Assembly: GCF_006345805.1 (NCBI RefSeq)
Contig: NC_043005.1
Location: forward strand, 97,898,001-97,962,000
Source: Octopus sinensis
Taxonomy: Eukaryota
Direction: 5' to 3'
Length of the DNA: 64,000 bases
The position numbers and the translations under genes were made by a program. Positions 61,106-64,000 of this stretch are shown piece by piece (position 1 is the stretch's first letter; every line of letters begins with the position of its first letter). A model generated the notes under the pieces. It saw only the letters and a list, made by a program, of their open reading frames with translations, did not search any database and was not told the DNA's origin.

Positions 61106-61824
61106 CTCTCTCTCGTTCTTTCTTTCTTTCGTTCTTTCTTTCTGCATTGAGCAAAATCATATATACATGTACATTGAAGAAGTAGAGGTTAATAGATCAG
61201 ACACCCATTTTCAGAAATCATTCATATCAAGAGAGAAATGTTCTCGGCTAGAATCTGTTTCAGCTATAAACAGCATATTTCCACTTCTGTTATTAAATAA
61301 ACCTGGTTACTACTATTAAAGCGGTGACAGCCAGAATGATGCAATTAGAAATAAGTTGGAATAAAAGACAGGTCTGCAAAACATTGCTCTTTATCAAAGT
61401 TTCACTGGAGAGGAAGATGCTTTACCAATGTAAAGAAATAAATTGAGTTGATCTTACAAATGAGTCACTATGTGGCCACCTCACCTAGCACCTCACCTAG
61501 CAGCCTACATTAAAAAAAAGATACATGAAAACATTAGATAATACACTCATAGATAACCTTAAAAAGATGGGAGGGTCATGGCTGGACACTTTGGGTCTAC
61601 TTGATTAGGGTTGGTTCATGGTTGGAAACCATAGACATTTGGATGCAAACGAAGAACTGTTTAGCATTTGGTGCAGCACCCAAACATCCTTCTTTCAGAG
61701 GCTGTTGAAAATGTTATAAAAAATTTTCAGATACAACAATACTATCCATAAAAATTGCACAAAAACTTACAACTCACAGACATACATCCTTCCTCTTTGA
61801 AACCCATGAGCAGAGTCCTTAATA

Positions 61825-61881
61825 ATGATAAAAATGATAATAATAATAATAATAATAATTAATAATAATAATAATAATAAC

Positions 61882-61931
<50 letters not shown>

Positions 61932-62214
61932 TAAAATAATAATAATAATAATAATTATAATAATAATAATAATGATAATAATAATAATAATAACAATAAT
62001 AATTATAATAATAATAATATTAATAATAATAATAGTAGTAGTAGTAATAATAATAATAATAATAATAGTAATAATAATAATAATAATAATAGTAATAATG
62101 ATAATAATAATAATAATAATAATAGTAATAATAATAATAATAATAGTAATGATAATAATAATAATAATAGTAGTAATAATAATAATAAAAATAATAATAA
62201 TAATAGTAATAGTA

Positions 62215-62253
<39 letters not shown>

Positions 62254-62290
62254 GTAATCATCATCATTATCATCATCATCATCATCATTT
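61825..62290. repeat. (AAT)n microsatellite merging into the RTE (CAT)n tail
   Basis: Direct reading of the sequence. Confidence 0.97.
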
Positions 62291-64000
62291 AGCGTCCGCT
62301 TTCCATGCTAGCATGGGTTGGACGGTTCAACTGGGGTCTGTGAAGCCAGAAGGCTGCCAACCACTCCGTGAGTGTAGTGGGTGCTTTTTACGTGCCACTC
62401 ACACAGGTGCCAGATGGAGCTGGCGAAAGGCCACAGACGGATGGTGCTTTTTATGTGCCACCGGCACGGGGCCCAGGCGAGGCTGGCAATGGCCACGATC
62501 GGATAGTGCTTTTTACGTGCCACCGACACGGAGGCCAGTCGGGGCGGGGCTGGCAACGGCCATGATCGGATGGTTCGCTTACTTGTCACCGGCACTGGTA
62601 TCACAGCTGCAATTTCCATTGATGTTGATCGACTTTGATTTTGGTTCTGCTTTCTGATATCTGATTTGATTTGGTTTGATTTTGATTTTGATTTTCACTT
62701 GCCTCAACGGGTCTACACAAGTGGAGTTTTGTGTCCCAAGAAGGAAGGTATGTATAAGTCGACTGGCTACATACCAGGTAGAGGCCATGGGTTATGGTCT
62801 CACTAGTCTTGCTGGGTCTTCTCACGCACAGCATACTTCCATAGGTTTCGGTCTCTAGTCATTTGCTTAGTGAGACCTAAAGTTTGAAGGTCGTGCTTCA
62901 CCACCTCGTCCCAGGTTTTCCTGGGTCTACCTCTTCCACAGGTTCCCTCAACTGCTAGAGTGTGGCACATTTGCACACAACTATCTTCACCCATTCTCGT
63001 CACATGACCATACCAGTGCAAACGTCTCTCTTGCACACCACAACTGATGCTTCTTAGGTCCATCTTTTCTCTCAAGGTACTTACACTCTGTTGATTATGA
63101 ACACTGACATTACACATCCATCGGAGCATACTGGCTTCATTTCTTGCGAGCTTACGCATATCCTCAGCAGTCACGGCCCATGTTTCACTACCATGTAGCA
63201 TGGCTGTATGTACACATGCATCATACAGTCTGCCTTTTATTCTGAGCGAGAGGCCTTTTGTCACCAGCAGGGGTAAGAGCTCTCTAAACTTTGCCCAGGC
63301 TATTCTTACTCTAGCAGTTACACTTTCAGCACACCCACCCCCGCTACTGACTTGGTCACCTAGGTAGCGGAAGCTATCAACTACTTCTAGTTTTTCTCCC
63401 TGGAACGTGGTAGAAGTTGTTCTCTGCACATTTTCTGTGTTTATTGCTCCTGAGCATCTGCCACAGACAAAAACTCTTTTCCTAGTTAGCCTTCCTTTGA
63501 CATTGCTGCACCTCTTATGTGTCCATAGCTTACACTTGGTGCACCTTATAGAGTTTCTACCTACACCTCTACTACAGATCGAGCAGGGCCATCTACCTGA
63601 AGACGTTTGTGATTGGTCTACCTTCCTACTTATTAGGACTTTGGTTTTGGCTAGGTTGATTCTAAGGCCCTTTGATTCTAATCCTTGTTTCCACACCTGA
63701 AACTTCTCCTCCAGTTCTGATAGTGACTCAGCAATTAGAGCAAGGTCATCAGCATAGAGGAGCTCCCAGGGGCATCCTGTCTTGAATTCCTCCGTTATTG
63801 CCTGGAGGACTATGATAAATAGGAGGGGACTGAGGACTGAACCTTGGTGGACCCCTACCTCTACCCGGAATTCTTCACTGTACTCGTTGCCAACCCTCAC
63901 CTTACTAGCAGCGTCTCTGTACATGGCTCGCACAGCTCTAACTTACCATTCATCTATACTTGTTTCCTCATTGACCACCAGATAAGGGATCGGGGGACAC
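62270..64000 (-). mobile_element. RTE LINE (RT C-half and 3' UTR), continues beyond the window
   Basis: Highly similar to 50440-51627; shorter UTR with a few about 55-bp subrepeats. Confidence 0.97.
62803..63933 (-). CDS. RTE reverse transcriptase C-terminal half, uninterrupted 376 aa including the PHD-type finger
   Basis: ORF track: HQGSVLSP, YADD, CSIC..CTKC..H..C..CGRC, FRYLG, WYGHV, GRPRKTW. Confidence 0.9.
   Translation of the reverse strand: MRAMYRDAASKVRVGNEYSEEFRVEVGVHQGSVLSPLLFIIVLQAITEEFKTGCPWELLYADDLALIAESLSELEEKFQVWKQGLESKGLRINLAKTKVLISRKVDQSQTSSGRWPCSICSRGVGRNSIRCTKCKLWTHKRCSNVKGRLTRKRVFVCGRCSGAINTENVQRTTSTTFQGEKLEVVDSFRYLGDQVSSGGGCAESVTARVRIAWAKFRELLPLLVTKGLSLRIKGRLYDACVHTAMLHGSETWAVTAEDMRKLARNEASMLRWMCNVSVHNQQSVSTLREKMDLRSISCGVQERRLHWYGHVTRMGEDSCVQMCHTLAVEGTCGRGRPRKTWDEVVKHDLQTLGLTKQMTRDRNLWKYAVREKTQQD

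Overview
Eukaryotic, AT-rich, microsatellite-dense DNA that looks intronic or intergenic. The repeat families resemble those of Octopus (inference; no database check was possible). No host gene is confidently identified; five candidate exons are listed at low confidence, and most ORF-track entries are microsatellite artefacts. Retroelements: a near full-length RTE-clade LINE (about 48.5-54.2 kb) with two truncated relatives and many 3'-end fragments, three loci of Neptune-type Penelope-like element (PLE) remnants, Copia fragments, a solo LTR with a perfect 5-bp TSD, an L1/Tx1-like 3' end and at least four tRNA-derived SINE types. DNA transposons: a full-length decayed Tc1, mariner and maT remnants, piggyBac-type MITEs and a Helitron-like element. 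The main signal is seven minimal type-I hammerhead ribozyme (HHR) motifs. Three lie downstream of PLE GIY-YIG domains, two lie in the loops of long fold-back elements inserted in (TA)n, and two belong to one element whose 37 kb copy carries a tRNA-like pol III head. Also notable are a PHD-type zinc finger inserted inside the RTE reverse transcriptase, a SINE tail shared with the L1/Tx1-like 3' end, and hierarchical tandem arrays in the RTE 3' UTR.
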